Positions 20,283 to 30,430 of a stretch of 64,000 bases of DNA are shown here, one piece after another. Each line of letters opens with the position of its first letter. The stretch's first letter is position 1. Source of the DNA: an uncultured virus (IMG/VR IMGVR_UViG_3300044640_001869) (lineage: Duplodnaviria > Heunggongvirae > Uroviricota > Caudoviricetes). The position numbers and the translations under genes were made by a program. The stretch spans positions 1 to 64,000 of the IMG/VR virus record IMGVR_UViG_3300044640_001869; one strand, given 5' to 3'. A model generated the notes under the pieces. It did not search any database. It was not told the DNA's origin and worked only from the letters and a program-made list of their open reading frames with translations.

Positions 20283-22103
20283 TTAGTCACCTAAAAGTTT
20301 ATTCAAACGATTCTCAATTTCACCTAAATTATTTTTACCTTTGGATAAATCAATGTACTCGTCTTCACCATACATATTATCAGATTCTAACAATATGTTT
20401 AAATTATCTCTCTTCTCAACTGACTCAGGTGTTACACCAGCATCACCACCTGGTTCAGGTCCTGGAGGTGGGGATGGCATACCCATATCACCTCCCATAT
20501 CACCACCCGGAGGAGGTGGAGGTGTAGCCCCTGCGGCGGCAGTTTGTGTTCCACCTGATTTAGAACCATATAGATTATCAACATTGTCGAAAACACCTGT
20601 GTGAGTAATAATTGTTGCTGTATTTGTTAATTCAGCACCAACCGCTTTCTCAACACGTTGTTGTTGTAAATCAAGTTTGATTTCTTCATCTGAGAAACCT
20701 AAAATATGTTTCTTAGCCCAAGTTACTGATGTTGGTGCTATACCTTCAACTGCGGTTACCGCCTCTTTATATAATGCGACTTTTTCTTTCCATGCTTCAA
20801 CTTTTAATAAGTCAGCCTGTGTTGATGGATTTGCCAATGATAAAGTAAAGTTAGACAATTCGTCTTCAAACCCTAAAAGGAATAAATGAATAATCGCAAT
20901 TTTATTTAATTCGGCAATCATACATTTTTGTATTCGGTTAATTGTTCTAGCAAAACGAATATCCATTAATGATAAGTTCTTACCTTCACCCACAGGTTCT
21001 TCAAAACCTAAGAACGCTTTAGGTACACGTAGTGCTGTTAATAATTTCTTTTGGATGTATTCGATATCGGCAATTTCACCTAAGTTAGCGGCTCCCGCTA
21101 GTGTTTCAATTGGGTTAGGTGCTGCCGGGTCACGAACAGGAATAAAATAATCTTGGTCAACCGCCATCTGATTATATCTTAAATCAACGTTACCTGTTTT
21201 ACTATCAACAATTTGGTCACGTTTAAATTTGTTTGCAACACGTTGTACGTATGGTTCAACATCTTTGTCATCCATGTTACCTACGAAAATTTTGAATACC
21301 CTACGTTCAGGGGCTCTTGAGGTTCTATAAATTAACATTGCATCCTCAGATAGTAATAACTGTTTCCAAATACGTCTGGCTTTCTCCAACATAGATGTCC
21401 CATATGGTAATTTTCTATCATCCCCCAATAAACGGAAGTGAGCTATCTCCCAAGAGTTAAATTCCATGTCTTTAACTTTCCATTGGAATCTTAATCCTTT
21501 ACTATGACCTGGTTCTTCAACATTGTTAATTTTAGCTGCCATACCTCTTTCTAGACGTTCAATTTCAATGTTTGGTAATTGCATACAACCAATAACACCT
21601 TTATCAGAATCCAATTTTAGGTAAACAAAGTTGTCCCCGTATTTACAAGTATTTCTAACCCACATAGGTAAGTTAGTATTTAAATCCAAATTGTTATTAA
21701 ACAAATCTGTTAATACCGATTTAATACGTTTTGATTCTGAATAAATTTGTAACATAAAACCATTTTGGTCTACTGTTGTTGATTCTTCACCGTATATATC
21801 TAACGCGGCTGAAATCTCAGGGGTATATTCCATTGATTCATAATCGTAGAATGATGCTAAACGAGTTGGTTCATAATATATTGCTTGAGAATATAAATTA
21901 CTCTCAATTTTCGCCCATTGGTTTGTTAAATAAAAAGTTTGTTGAGCTTGTAATTTTTCTTTTTCATATTCATCTTTTGAAGTTGTTTTAAGTAACTCCT
22001 TCTTATCGAACTTATATGTGGGGTAGTCTTGATTTAATAATGAATTTGGTCCAAATGCGTGAGATAATCGTTGCCAAACCGTTAAATTTTTATTGTTTTC
22101 CAT
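20283..22103 (-). CDS. Portal protein (T4 gp20-like)
   Basis: EDAMLIYRTSRAPERRVF, DYFIPVR, DIEY, ALRVP. Confidence 0.95.
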   Translation of the reverse strand: MENNKNLTVWQRLSHAFGPNSLLNQDYPTYKFDKKELLKTTSKDEYEKEKLQAQQTFYLTNQWAKIESNLYSQAIYYEPTRLASFYDYESMEYTPEISAALDIYGEESTTVDQNGFMLQIYSESKRIKSVLTDLFNNNLDLNTNLPMWVRNTCKYGDNFVYLKLDSDKGVIGCMQLPNIEIERLERGMAAKINNVEEPGHSKGLRFQWKVKDMEFNSWEIAHFRLLGDDRKLPYGTSMLEKARRIWKQLLLSEDAMLIYRTSRAPERRVFKIFVGNMDDKDVEPYVQRVANKFKRDQIVDSKTGNVDLRYNQMAVDQDYFIPVRDPAAPNPIETLAGAANLGEIADIEYIQKKLLTALRVPKAFLGFEEPVGEGKNLSLMDIRFARTINRIQKCMIAELNKIAIIHLFLLGFEDELSNFTLSLANPSTQADLLKVEAWKEKVALYKEAVTAVEGIAPTSVTWAKKHILGFSDEEIKLDLQQQRVEKAVGAELTNTATIITHTGVFDNVDNLYGSKSGGTQTAAAGATPPPPPGGDMGGDMGMPSPPPGPEPGGDAGVTPESVEKRDNLNILLESDNMYGEDEYIDLSKGKNNLGEIENRLNKLLGD

Positions 22104-22141
22104 ATCAGAATTTTAATTATAAATATCAATTTTTAAATAGT

Positions 22142-23914
22142 TTATCTTTGTCCGTAATTTCCAAATAACCAACCATACTTCATATACTCATCTCTTTGAA
22201 TACTCTGATTGGAGTTTGTTTTACCCATCATATCATTATAATTTGGAATAACAGGGTTAAAATCCATATCTTTACCAACTGATGTGTTATTATTGACTGA
22301 CCACGACTCAATCATAGCCTTTGCCTGGTCGGTAACTTTATTTAATTTACTGAACGAAGTCTCACCCACGTATGTTGCCATAGCAATAGACATAAGTAAA
22401 TCGTCGTGTCTCCCTTTTTGGTGGTCAGGTCTACCATTAATATAAATGAATGTATCCATTTCATTGTATAAACGGTGACTGTAAATACGGAAATCGTGTC
22501 TCATAGCCTCTTCATATGATGCAATAATTTGAACACGTTTGTTGTTAAAGTTAATACCGGGTATTTTTTCCGCTGATTTTGGATTATATTTCCAAGAGTT
22601 GTTAACGTCTTCACCGTCAACATATAAATCTTTATATCCTAACTCTTGAAGTTTACGTGAGGTAGAAACACCCATCCCACCCGTGATATCGACTACAATA
22701 TAAGCCGAATACATATTAGCCCATTTAAAACAAATTTCGGCCATCGTATCAGGAGGAAGTTTACCAACAAACTCCGCAACTTGTTCACGAGTATCAAAAT
22801 CAATAATTTGAAATGAACTAAAATCCTCACTATCACCTCGACTGACATCGACACCCATAATGTATTTGTGACCTATTACCGGTTCTTTCCAAATCCATAA
22901 TTGATTACCTAACATTTTATTTTGGGGTTCTAACAGATAATTTTCACGTATCTTTTGCATTAACCTAGAATCGAATACGTTATCACCTGAACCAAGGAAG
23001 TTACACTCTAACTCTTGAGAAACTTTACGTTTGTCGTATTTAAGTTTCTTCACCATTTTTTCAAACCAATCAGAGCAAGGTTTGTATCCGTTATTAATTA
23101 TTTCTTTGGCTTCATCAAAGTTTCTGTCTTTAAATTCTTTGTCCGCCCAACTTATTATTTTCTCAGGTCCGTATTCTTCTTTGTTTAATAAATAATGAAT
23201 AGCGTCATCAGTTTTTACAAAGAATAAATCTTTAGTATAACGAGGGTCACGATACCAATACATTTCCGTAATTTTGAAATCATTCATTCCACGTAACGCT
23301 TGGTCGTAAATCTCATAGTAAATTGGGTCATTACCGTTTGGTGTTGATACTACAATTACTTTACCCCCTGTTGATAGGGATGCCATACACGCTGACCAGA
23401 AATCACTGTCAGCTTCGATAAACGCGGCCTCATCAAATATTAATATTGTTGGGGTAAATCCACGTAAAGCATCCTTTGATGTTGCAACCGCCTTAACCTC
23501 ACAACCATTATTTAATTTCCAATGTTTGGTAGATTTTTTATTGGGGTCAATTTGAACGTTAACCCAACTCGGCCATTGTGTCACAAAGGCTCTAATTTTA
23601 TTCGCCATCTCAATTGAGGTATCCAACTTGTTGGCGATTATCAATATTTTTTCAGGTTTTTCTTTTTTAGCAAATGCTAATTTTTTAGATACCCAAGCTG
23701 ATGTTACTGTCGATACACCCGCCTGACGGTATTTTAATGCAATATTTTCATTATAGTTCTCGTAATCCTGTAATAATGTTATTTGGTCGGGGAATAATTC
23801 TAACGGAACGTATTTTGAAACTGTGTTGTCGTATGTTTGTAGATACGTGTTTAATGCGTATGGAGTATCTTTCATACACTTAACGTATTCTAACAACAAT
23901 TGTTCTTTAGTCAT
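22142..23914 (-). CDS. Terminase large subunit (gp17-like)
   Basis: KYRQAGVST, IFDEAAF, STPNG, QELECNF, GVDVS, HDDLLM. Confidence 0.95.
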   Translation of the reverse strand: MTKEQLLLEYVKCMKDTPYALNTYLQTYDNTVSKYVPLELFPDQITLLQDYENYNENIALKYRQAGVSTVTSAWVSKKLAFAKKEKPEKILIIANKLDTSIEMANKIRAFVTQWPSWVNVQIDPNKKSTKHWKLNNGCEVKAVATSKDALRGFTPTILIFDEAAFIEADSDFWSACMASLSTGGKVIVVSTPNGNDPIYYEIYDQALRGMNDFKITEMYWYRDPRYTKDLFFVKTDDAIHYLLNKEEYGPEKIISWADKEFKDRNFDEAKEIINNGYKPCSDWFEKMVKKLKYDKRKVSQELECNFLGSGDNVFDSRLMQKIRENYLLEPQNKMLGNQLWIWKEPVIGHKYIMGVDVSRGDSEDFSSFQIIDFDTREQVAEFVGKLPPDTMAEICFKWANMYSAYIVVDITGGMGVSTSRKLQELGYKDLYVDGEDVNNSWKYNPKSAEKIPGINFNNKRVQIIASYEEAMRHDFRIYSHRLYNEMDTFIYINGRPDHQKGRHDDLLMSIAMATYVGETSFSKLNKVTDQAKAMIESWSVNNNTSVGKDMDFNPVIPNYNDMMGKTNSNQSIQRDEYMKYGWLFGNYGQR

Positions 23915-23990
23915 AGTTTTTATTTATAAATACCAAAAAACCCCCAATTAATTAAAATTGGAGGTCTTTATCGTTTATTTAGTATGTGTC

Positions 23991-25589
23991 TTAATAGATA
24001 TCGTCATCATCGTCGTCGTCACCAAAATCAAAATCATCATCTTCAGTGTCATCATCATCACCTAAATCAACACCTGAACCATAGTTTTTAGTTGGTTCCG
24101 GTATATCTTTATGTATTTCTTGATATTGTTCCATAGCACCTTCAACTAGTTCATTAATAATTTGAATTACTCGTTCATCTTGTTTATGGATTCCATTTAG
24201 TAATGTTTCTAAATCTTCTTTAGATAAAGTTGCTAAATGTAATTGTAAGAATAACAATATTCTATTTTGAACTTTTTTGTCTTGTAATGCGTATTCATCG
24301 TTTAACGCTTTAAATCTCAACATCAATTCTTTGAAAAATACTTTACCCATATATGAGTTCCATACCTCATTACCAATTGTGTCAGTCGATTGAATAATTA
24401 ATTCTGATTTTTCTTTCCCTTGGATACCTCCTAACCAACTGAAATACTTAGCAACTCCTAATAAAAGTTCGTGAATTAATAATGGTAATGTTGGGGCGTA
24501 AGCTTCAATTGTGTAAGGACCTTGTGGTTCAGACTCTTCTTCATTACCGATTTCTTCATCACCCGTTTCAAAGTTTAAATCATCAGAACCTTCTTCACCA
24601 CCTTCTTCTTCGTCGTTACTACTTTCTTTAGAACCATCAGGTTTAGTGATTTCGTGTTGAGCCAATTGACCTCCACCACCACTCGTCATTTGTTGTAAAT
24701 CAGGATATAACCAATATAGGTGTTCCATTATTGCTTGTGACGCAGCGTATAACTGACTTAATTCAGGATTAATCTTATCAACATATTCATTTAATTCTTC
24801 GTATAACTCACCTAAATTAAACGCAAAACCTTTGTTAATTGAGTTGATAAATCTTCTTTTAGCTTTTTCATCCTCAAATGTTTTTAAAGCCTCTTGTTCT
24901 ATTTTTTTTGTAACAATTTCATCACCTTTAGAATAGTCAAATTCAACACCCATTTCTTCAAACTCTTGTGCAAATTTTTCTAATTCTTCTTTGTGTTTGT
25001 CGGCATCTTTAAATGCTTTTTTAATATCTTCTTCAGAAAATTGTTTAGGTGAAGTTCTCATATTTGGTAACGCACGTTGTGGTCCAAATGATGTAAGATG
25101 TGGAATTAATCTAATAGCGTCTTCAGGTAAATTAAAATATTGTTGAACTAAGTTAGCCGCTAGTTGTTCGATTTGTTTAGAACTACGTTGTTGTAACGAA
25201 GATATTCTACCACCTAATGACATAGCATTATTCATTAACGCCATAAATGCACTACGTGGGTCACCCTCGGCAATTCGTGAATTATCACCTAATACTTTTT
25301 GTAGTTTTTTAACTGAGTCAACAAAACTTTTACTCGCTAAAAATTCTATAGTTTCAGTACTAATACCTAAATCATTAAAATCGGTTTGTCCTCTTTCAAT
25401 TTTAGATTGTAATTGTTGTGACATTCTAGCACCACCCGCACCTGTATAATCAATCGGTGCTTCAACTAATTGAATTCTAACTTTATCTAAAATAGTTTTT
25501 TCAGACCTTGTTAAACCTTCATTCATCAATTTTTTTTCTAAAGTATTTTTAATCTTTAATATTTTTTCTACTTTATTGTTTAAACTCAT
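23991..25589 (-). CDS. Hypothetical late protein with acidic tail
   Basis: 532-aa ORF in late operon. Confidence 0.65.
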   Translation of the reverse strand: MSLNNKVEKILKIKNTLEKKLMNEGLTRSEKTILDKVRIQLVEAPIDYTGAGGARMSQQLQSKIERGQTDFNDLGISTETIEFLASKSFVDSVKKLQKVLGDNSRIAEGDPRSAFMALMNNAMSLGGRISSLQQRSSKQIEQLAANLVQQYFNLPEDAIRLIPHLTSFGPQRALPNMRTSPKQFSEEDIKKAFKDADKHKEELEKFAQEFEEMGVEFDYSKGDEIVTKKIEQEALKTFEDEKAKRRFINSINKGFAFNLGELYEELNEYVDKINPELSQLYAASQAIMEHLYWLYPDLQQMTSGGGGQLAQHEITKPDGSKESSNDEEEGGEEGSDDLNFETGDEEIGNEEESEPQGPYTIEAYAPTLPLLIHELLLGVAKYFSWLGGIQGKEKSELIIQSTDTIGNEVWNSYMGKVFFKELMLRFKALNDEYALQDKKVQNRILLFLQLHLATLSKEDLETLLNGIHKQDERVIQIINELVEGAMEQYQEIHKDIPEPTKNYGSGVDLGDDDDTEDDDFDFGDDDDDDDIY

Positions 25590-25610
25590 TTTTACTTATT
25601 TTAGATAAAA

Positions 25611-26348
25611 TTATTTTTTAGTTATATTTTCCCAACGTAACCAAGATGGTAATCCCATTTCGTCTTCCGACTCTTCATTCATTTCAGATTCTCTTGCAAC
25701 AATAAGATTGTTTTCAATTATATTCATAAAATCTTTCTTAGTCATCTTTGGTGATAAATGTTTTTCAACTATTCTTGTAATTTCTTTTTCTAATTGAGAT
25801 TCACCAATTTCACCAATACGAGGTACACTTTTTTGAGCAACTTTAGTTAGATAATTAGCAGCGTGTTTTTCAAACGCATCACCTAAATCATATTTTTCTT
25901 CTTCGTTAGTCTCAACTTTATTAGGTAAACCTTTATGTTTTGTGGATGCAAAGTCTTCTAAATCCGACTTAGACATTTTTTTCGCCATATCTTTAACTGA
26001 CTTAGACACTTTAGATTTTGGTGTATCACCTTTCTTAACAGAAAGTGCTAACCCCATCAATTTTTGTTGTTGTTTAGAAACTGATTTTTCATTTATTTCT
26101 TCAGTTTCATCTATTGGGATTGCAGTAACAGTTTTATCGTTATTTTGTTTGATGTCGTAACCTTTAGTGTTTGGGGGAATATTACCACCTTGACTACCAA
26201 TCATATATTGAGTTTTACCCTGTACTTTTGTTACTTGTTCTACTAAACGAGTATACAATGTATTAATTTGTGATTCATTTAATTTAGTTAGATTAGTTGC
26301 TTTAAGACCGTGTTTAACTAAACGTAATATTTTATCGTTAATTTTCAT
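25611..26348 (-). CDS. Protein with DUF3008-like segment
   Basis: SKQQQKLMGLAL...MSKSDLEDFASTKHKGLP. Confidence 0.55.
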   Translation of the reverse strand: MKINDKILRLVKHGLKATNLTKLNESQINTLYTRLVEQVTKVQGKTQYMIGSQGGNIPPNTKGYDIKQNNDKTVTAIPIDETEEINEKSVSKQQQKLMGLALSVKKGDTPKSKVSKSVKDMAKKMSKSDLEDFASTKHKGLPNKVETNEEEKYDLGDAFEKHAANYLTKVAQKSVPRIGEIGESQLEKEITRIVEKHLSPKMTKKDFMNIIENNLIVARESEMNEESEDEMGLPSWLRWENITKK

Positions 26349-26748
26349 AAACTATTTTTTTTTCAAATTCTAAAACGATATCTCGTTCATATAATTTATT
26401 TTTTACTGATTGTTCAGTTTCACCAAATCTAAAAACTAATCGTTTTTTAATTGTGAAATCAATTTCATCCAATTCATTTTCCCAAGCTAACGATATTACG
26501 TCGTCCATACAATCGGTCATTGAGAAATAATCTGATTTTTGAATTACGGATAACGTAACTTCATTACTCTTTAAAGTCCCAACCTTGTTAATAAATTCTA
26601 AATCAGGTGGGGAAGGGTATCCATTCGCAGGATTGGATTCCCAACTGTCCCCCCAAATATCTTCTAAACTATTAGAGAAAATAAACTCATACGTGTTATC
26701 CCCTTTATAGTTTGGACCTAATTCATTAACATAGATTAAATAACTCAT
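26338..26748 (-). CDS. Hypothetical protein
   Basis: 136-aa ORF overlapping neighbours. Confidence 0.7.
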   Translation of the reverse strand: MSYLIYVNELGPNYKGDNTYEFIFSNSLEDIWGDSWESNPANGYPSPPDLEFINKVGTLKSNEVTLSVIQKSDYFSMTDCMDDVISLAWENELDEIDFTIKKRLVFRFGETEQSVKNKLYERDIVLEFEKKIVYEN

Positions 26749-28184
26749 ATAATATCACCTTTAGGTGTAATACGTATTGTTCTATTATTATGTTCGAAAA
26801 CTAAATTATCTTTATTTGTTTTACCAACAAATTTAGAGTTTGGATATTTTTTCTTAAATTTAACCGACATCATTTCTTGAATTACATTAACTGAATAGTT
26901 TCTGTAATTTTCATTGACTGGTTTTTTTGTATTAGTTTTATTTTCATTAATAAAATATTTAGATAGTACTTTATCAACTTTAGATTCATTAATCTCTAAA
27001 TCCTCAACATCATAAGGTCTTTTACGATTTTCGATACCTACTTCATAAAAATGTTTTTGTCTCTCACCTCCACCGTGAACTTCAGGGGTGTTTCTACCTC
27101 GTCTAGCTTCAGGGTTTGGTAATTCTTCTTCTCTCTTACCTGGTTTGTAAGGATTTGGAACTCTTCTGATAGGTTTTTCAGTTTCTCTTTCACGTTCTCT
27201 TTCACGTTCTCTCTCAGGTGTTTTAATACGTTCTCTTTCTCTTGTTGGTGCGTCCGTATCAAAATCGTCGATGAATCCATAATCATCTTCATAATCAACA
27301 TCAAATTCATCGTCACCAAAGTTGAATTCAGATTCTTCAGCAACTTCACCTGTTGGTTCTTCAGGTGTCATACCTTCTACGTCACCCATTTCGTCACCCA
27401 TTTCATCACCCATACCTTCTTCGTCTTCAACACCTTCAAGCTTATTCATAATATCTTCTCTATCTTCTTCATCTATTGATTCAATATCAACAGCTGATAA
27501 TACAGAATTAATTACATATTTAATATCTTTAGATGTCATAGGTTCTTCATTGTTTTCTTCAAAACCTCTTAATTTCTGAGCTAATTTACCTGTTAACTTT
27601 TGAATAACTTTTAATGTGATTGGTTCATCATCTTGTTCCTCATCTTCCATACCCATATCACCATCCAAACCTAAATCATCTGTTGGTTCGGGAGCGGGAG
27701 CTGCCGTAGCGTCAGGAGCGGGTGCAGGAGCGGGAGCGGGAGCAGGTGCGGGAGCAGGAGCGGGAGCCGCTTGTTCGTTTGTTTCACCAACACTTAAAAC
27801 GTATTTAGTCGTGTCTTTTTTCTCATCCTCATTAAAAAGTGACATACCATTAGAATAACCTGAATTAGTATTAACTTCTTTAACAATTAAATTTAATCGT
27901 TTTAATGCTTGAGAATATGATGAATAATATTTTCTATTTTTCATCGGCTCAACATAGTCAAATTCACTTGTAGATTCCGAAATAGTTTTTTTAATTACAT
28001 AACCATTTTTTTCTTTATCAATACGATAAGTTTTACCATCGGCTAATGTTTTAGTATATTCTACTGATTTATCTTCGTTAATAGGGTTTGGTCTATTTTC
28101 GTTATAACGAGATATTTCAATAATACGATTAATTTTATCCATTCCTTGTAGTTTTTCACTACCAATTGGTCTTAAATTTCCCAT
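26745..28184 (-). CDS. Hypothetical low-complexity late protein with (PA)n and (RE)n tracts
   Basis: 479-aa ORF, TATTTAT upstream. Confidence 0.7.
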   Translation of the reverse strand: MGNLRPIGSEKLQGMDKINRIIEISRYNENRPNPINEDKSVEYTKTLADGKTYRIDKEKNGYVIKKTISESTSEFDYVEPMKNRKYYSSYSQALKRLNLIVKEVNTNSGYSNGMSLFNEDEKKDTTKYVLSVGETNEQAAPAPAPAPAPAPAPAPAPDATAAPAPEPTDDLGLDGDMGMEDEEQDDEPITLKVIQKLTGKLAQKLRGFEENNEEPMTSKDIKYVINSVLSAVDIESIDEEDREDIMNKLEGVEDEEGMGDEMGDEMGDVEGMTPEEPTGEVAEESEFNFGDDEFDVDYEDDYGFIDDFDTDAPTRERERIKTPERERERERERETEKPIRRVPNPYKPGKREEELPNPEARRGRNTPEVHGGGERQKHFYEVGIENRKRPYDVEDLEINESKVDKVLSKYFINENKTNTKKPVNENYRNYSVNVIQEMMSVKFKKKYPNSKFVGKTNKDNLVFEHNNRTIRITPKGDII

Positions 28185-28250
28185 TTTATAATTTTAGTTA
28201 TTAAGTTATTTTTATTTATAAATATATAGATAAAAAAAAATGTCTTTTTT

Positions 28251-29615
28251 TTATTTAAATCCTACCATTTTTAATAATTGACCCATCATACCGTAATCTT
28301 CAGGTTCATCAGGAATTTTTGATGTTTCAGTATTACCTGAGTCTAAAACAGAGTCAATTTTAGATTTGATATCATCACTATCAATTTTGGTATCAACTTT
28401 GGTATCATCAGTTTCCTTATTATTGTTGTGAGAACCGGTCTCAAATTTCTTCATATTAATTTTATTTTGACTTACCAATTCACCTAAATCTTTACCATAC
28501 GGTAAACCTATGTGAACGTGACTACCTGATGGACTTGCTGGCCATCTAGTTATCTTACCAATATAATCACCAACTTTCACTTTATCACCTACTTTTATTT
28601 TTACACCTTCTAAGTGGGTGTAAAAAATATTTGGATTACCATTAACGCCTTTTATACTAACTTGTGTACCAAATATTTTTGGATTTCCAGGTGATGATTG
28701 TTTAATGTGACTTACAATACCATTTGTAAAAGAATAAATAGAAGTCCCAATAGGTGCTTTTAAATCCCAAGCATTGTCAGATTCCCAATTTTTTAATTTT
28801 CTACCTCCATGACCTTTTAAAGTATTGTCGGATATAATAGTAAACTGTCCTAACTTACTACCGTTATTTAAACTTTCTTTAAGTGATAGTTTTTTATCAA
28901 CTATTTTGTCACTTAAACTTCTTATTTTTTGTAAATAACCGTTACGTCTTAAAACTTTAAATACCAAATTTTCTTCAGAATACTCACCACCATCGTGTAA
29001 TCCACTCTCCCTATACTTACCTAATTTTTCATTACATTTTTTAATGATATTTTTAGAGGTTTCAACATCTTCATCTTTAGTATTATCAACAATACCGTCA
29101 ATAATTTTCATCCATTGTTTTACTTTTGATGAAATTTGTTCGTAGTTAATATCAACTAGTTCACGACTAGGTTTTGATAACCATTCATTATTTAATAATG
29201 AATAAATCCCAATACCTTTAACATTTTTTTGTGTTGACCCATCCTCAACATAATTTTCAACATCATACCCAAAAATTTTCAAGTCGTGTTTATCATTATA
29301 TAAGGATTTTTTCAAATAAAATAGTTCTTCATATAAAGGTTTTTCAATTTCACTAAATTGGTTAAAATCAATTAAGATATGAATATCAACATCGGAATAT
29401 TTCGACCAATTATAATTGGCTAATGAACCTGTCATTACTATGTCAGATATTAAAATATCAAGATTTAAAAATTCAATAAAATCGTTGGCAATCTCTAATA
29501 AACGAGTTCTAACTTTAGAATCCATAACTATAGTCCTTTCAGATTTTTTCCAAATCTTAGGATTTAATTTTCCTTGAACTTTAAAACTTTTTAGAATACT
29601 CTTTAAATCATCCAT
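28251..29615 (-). CDS. Pol-beta-family nucleotidyltransferase fused to M23 peptidase
   Basis: GSLANYNWSKYSDVDIH; C-terminal WDLKAPIGT, YTHL, HVH. Confidence 0.7.
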   Translation of the reverse strand: MDDLKSILKSFKVQGKLNPKIWKKSERTIVMDSKVRTRLLEIANDFIEFLNLDILISDIVMTGSLANYNWSKYSDVDIHILIDFNQFSEIEKPLYEELFYLKKSLYNDKHDLKIFGYDVENYVEDGSTQKNVKGIGIYSLLNNEWLSKPSRELVDINYEQISSKVKQWMKIIDGIVDNTKDEDVETSKNIIKKCNEKLGKYRESGLHDGGEYSEENLVFKVLRRNGYLQKIRSLSDKIVDKKLSLKESLNNGSKLGQFTIISDNTLKGHGGRKLKNWESDNAWDLKAPIGTSIYSFTNGIVSHIKQSSPGNPKIFGTQVSIKGVNGNPNIFYTHLEGVKIKVGDKVKVGDYIGKITRWPASPSGSHVHIGLPYGKDLGELVSQNKINMKKFETGSHNNNKETDDTKVDTKIDSDDIKSKIDSVLDSGNTETSKIPDEPEDYGMMGQLLKMVGFK

Positions 29616-29635
29616 AATAATAAATACCTAAATAC

Positions 29636-29878
29636 TTATATTTTTTTGTATTTGTATGATTTTGATATCTTAGTACTAAAGAATTTACCTTGAGATTCAT
29701 TTATTCTCATTTGGGTAAATACTTGATGGGGAACGTCATAGTATTCGTATTTATGACCGTTATTGAATTCCACCATTAATGTTTTAGATTCAGTATCGTA
29801 TTCCGACTTTTTTAAATTACTTGATTTAATTTCACAAATAATTTTACTCCCCTTTATTTCTTCTTTTGTAATTGCCAT
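29636..29878 (-). CDS. KTSC-domain protein
   Basis: SSNL...YD....L.VEF.NG..YEY.DVP...SQGKFF. Confidence 0.85.
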   Translation of the reverse strand: MAITKEEIKGSKIICEIKSSNLKKSEYDTESKTLMVEFNNGHKYEYYDVPHQVFTQMRINESQGKFFSTKISKSYKYKKI

Positions 29879-29882
29879 AATT

Positions 29883-30356
29883 TTAGTTTACTTTAATTAA
29901 TTTCACAGGGTCAAAAAAATTTGAAATCTCTTTTTCACCTTTTAATAAATCCTGTACGTAATCTTTTAATTTTTCTAATTTGATAAGTTTGTTTTTAGTT
30001 TTCGCTTTTTTAGTTAACTCATCTCTTTCACCTGTAAAATACGAAATTAATATTTCATTATTATCACTAGGTTTAATAAAATTAATATTAAATGGTTTCC
30101 CTAACAAATAAACCAAATAATCATTCACAACCCCTTTATTATTTGTAACCGAAATTACACTATGTTTATTTTTTGAGTATTTTGTGTTTTTAGATATGTT
30201 TAATATATTTTTACTATTAGGGGTTGCAAATTTAAGTTCATTAGTGTCAATACCTATTTCAATAGACAATGACTCGGTAATTAATAAATTTTCATTAATA
30301 ACTCGTTTAACTATTTTAATTAAATCACCTTCCGTGAGTTTAATGACTTTTTTCAT
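29883..30356 (-). CDS. Putative head-packaged protein
   Basis: N-terminal MKKVIKLTEGDLIKIVKRVINE. Confidence 0.6.
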   Translation of the reverse strand: MKKVIKLTEGDLIKIVKRVINENLLITESLSIEIGIDTNELKFATPNSKNILNISKNTKYSKNKHSVISVTNNKGVVNDYLVYLLGKPFNINFIKPSDNNEILISYFTGERDELTKKAKTKNKLIKLEKLKDYVQDLLKGEKEISNFFDPVKLIKVN

Positions 30357-30430
30357 TTAGAGTTTTTAAATATAAATATTCGTTGAGTTTTAAATATAAT
30401 TATCATATACTTAATTAAAAAAGAAAGATT

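Noticed and set aside
14398..27858. Antisense or nested ORFs within capsid, scaffold, portal, terminase and neighbouring genes
   Set aside because: Shadow frames produced by codon bias and low-complexity tracts.
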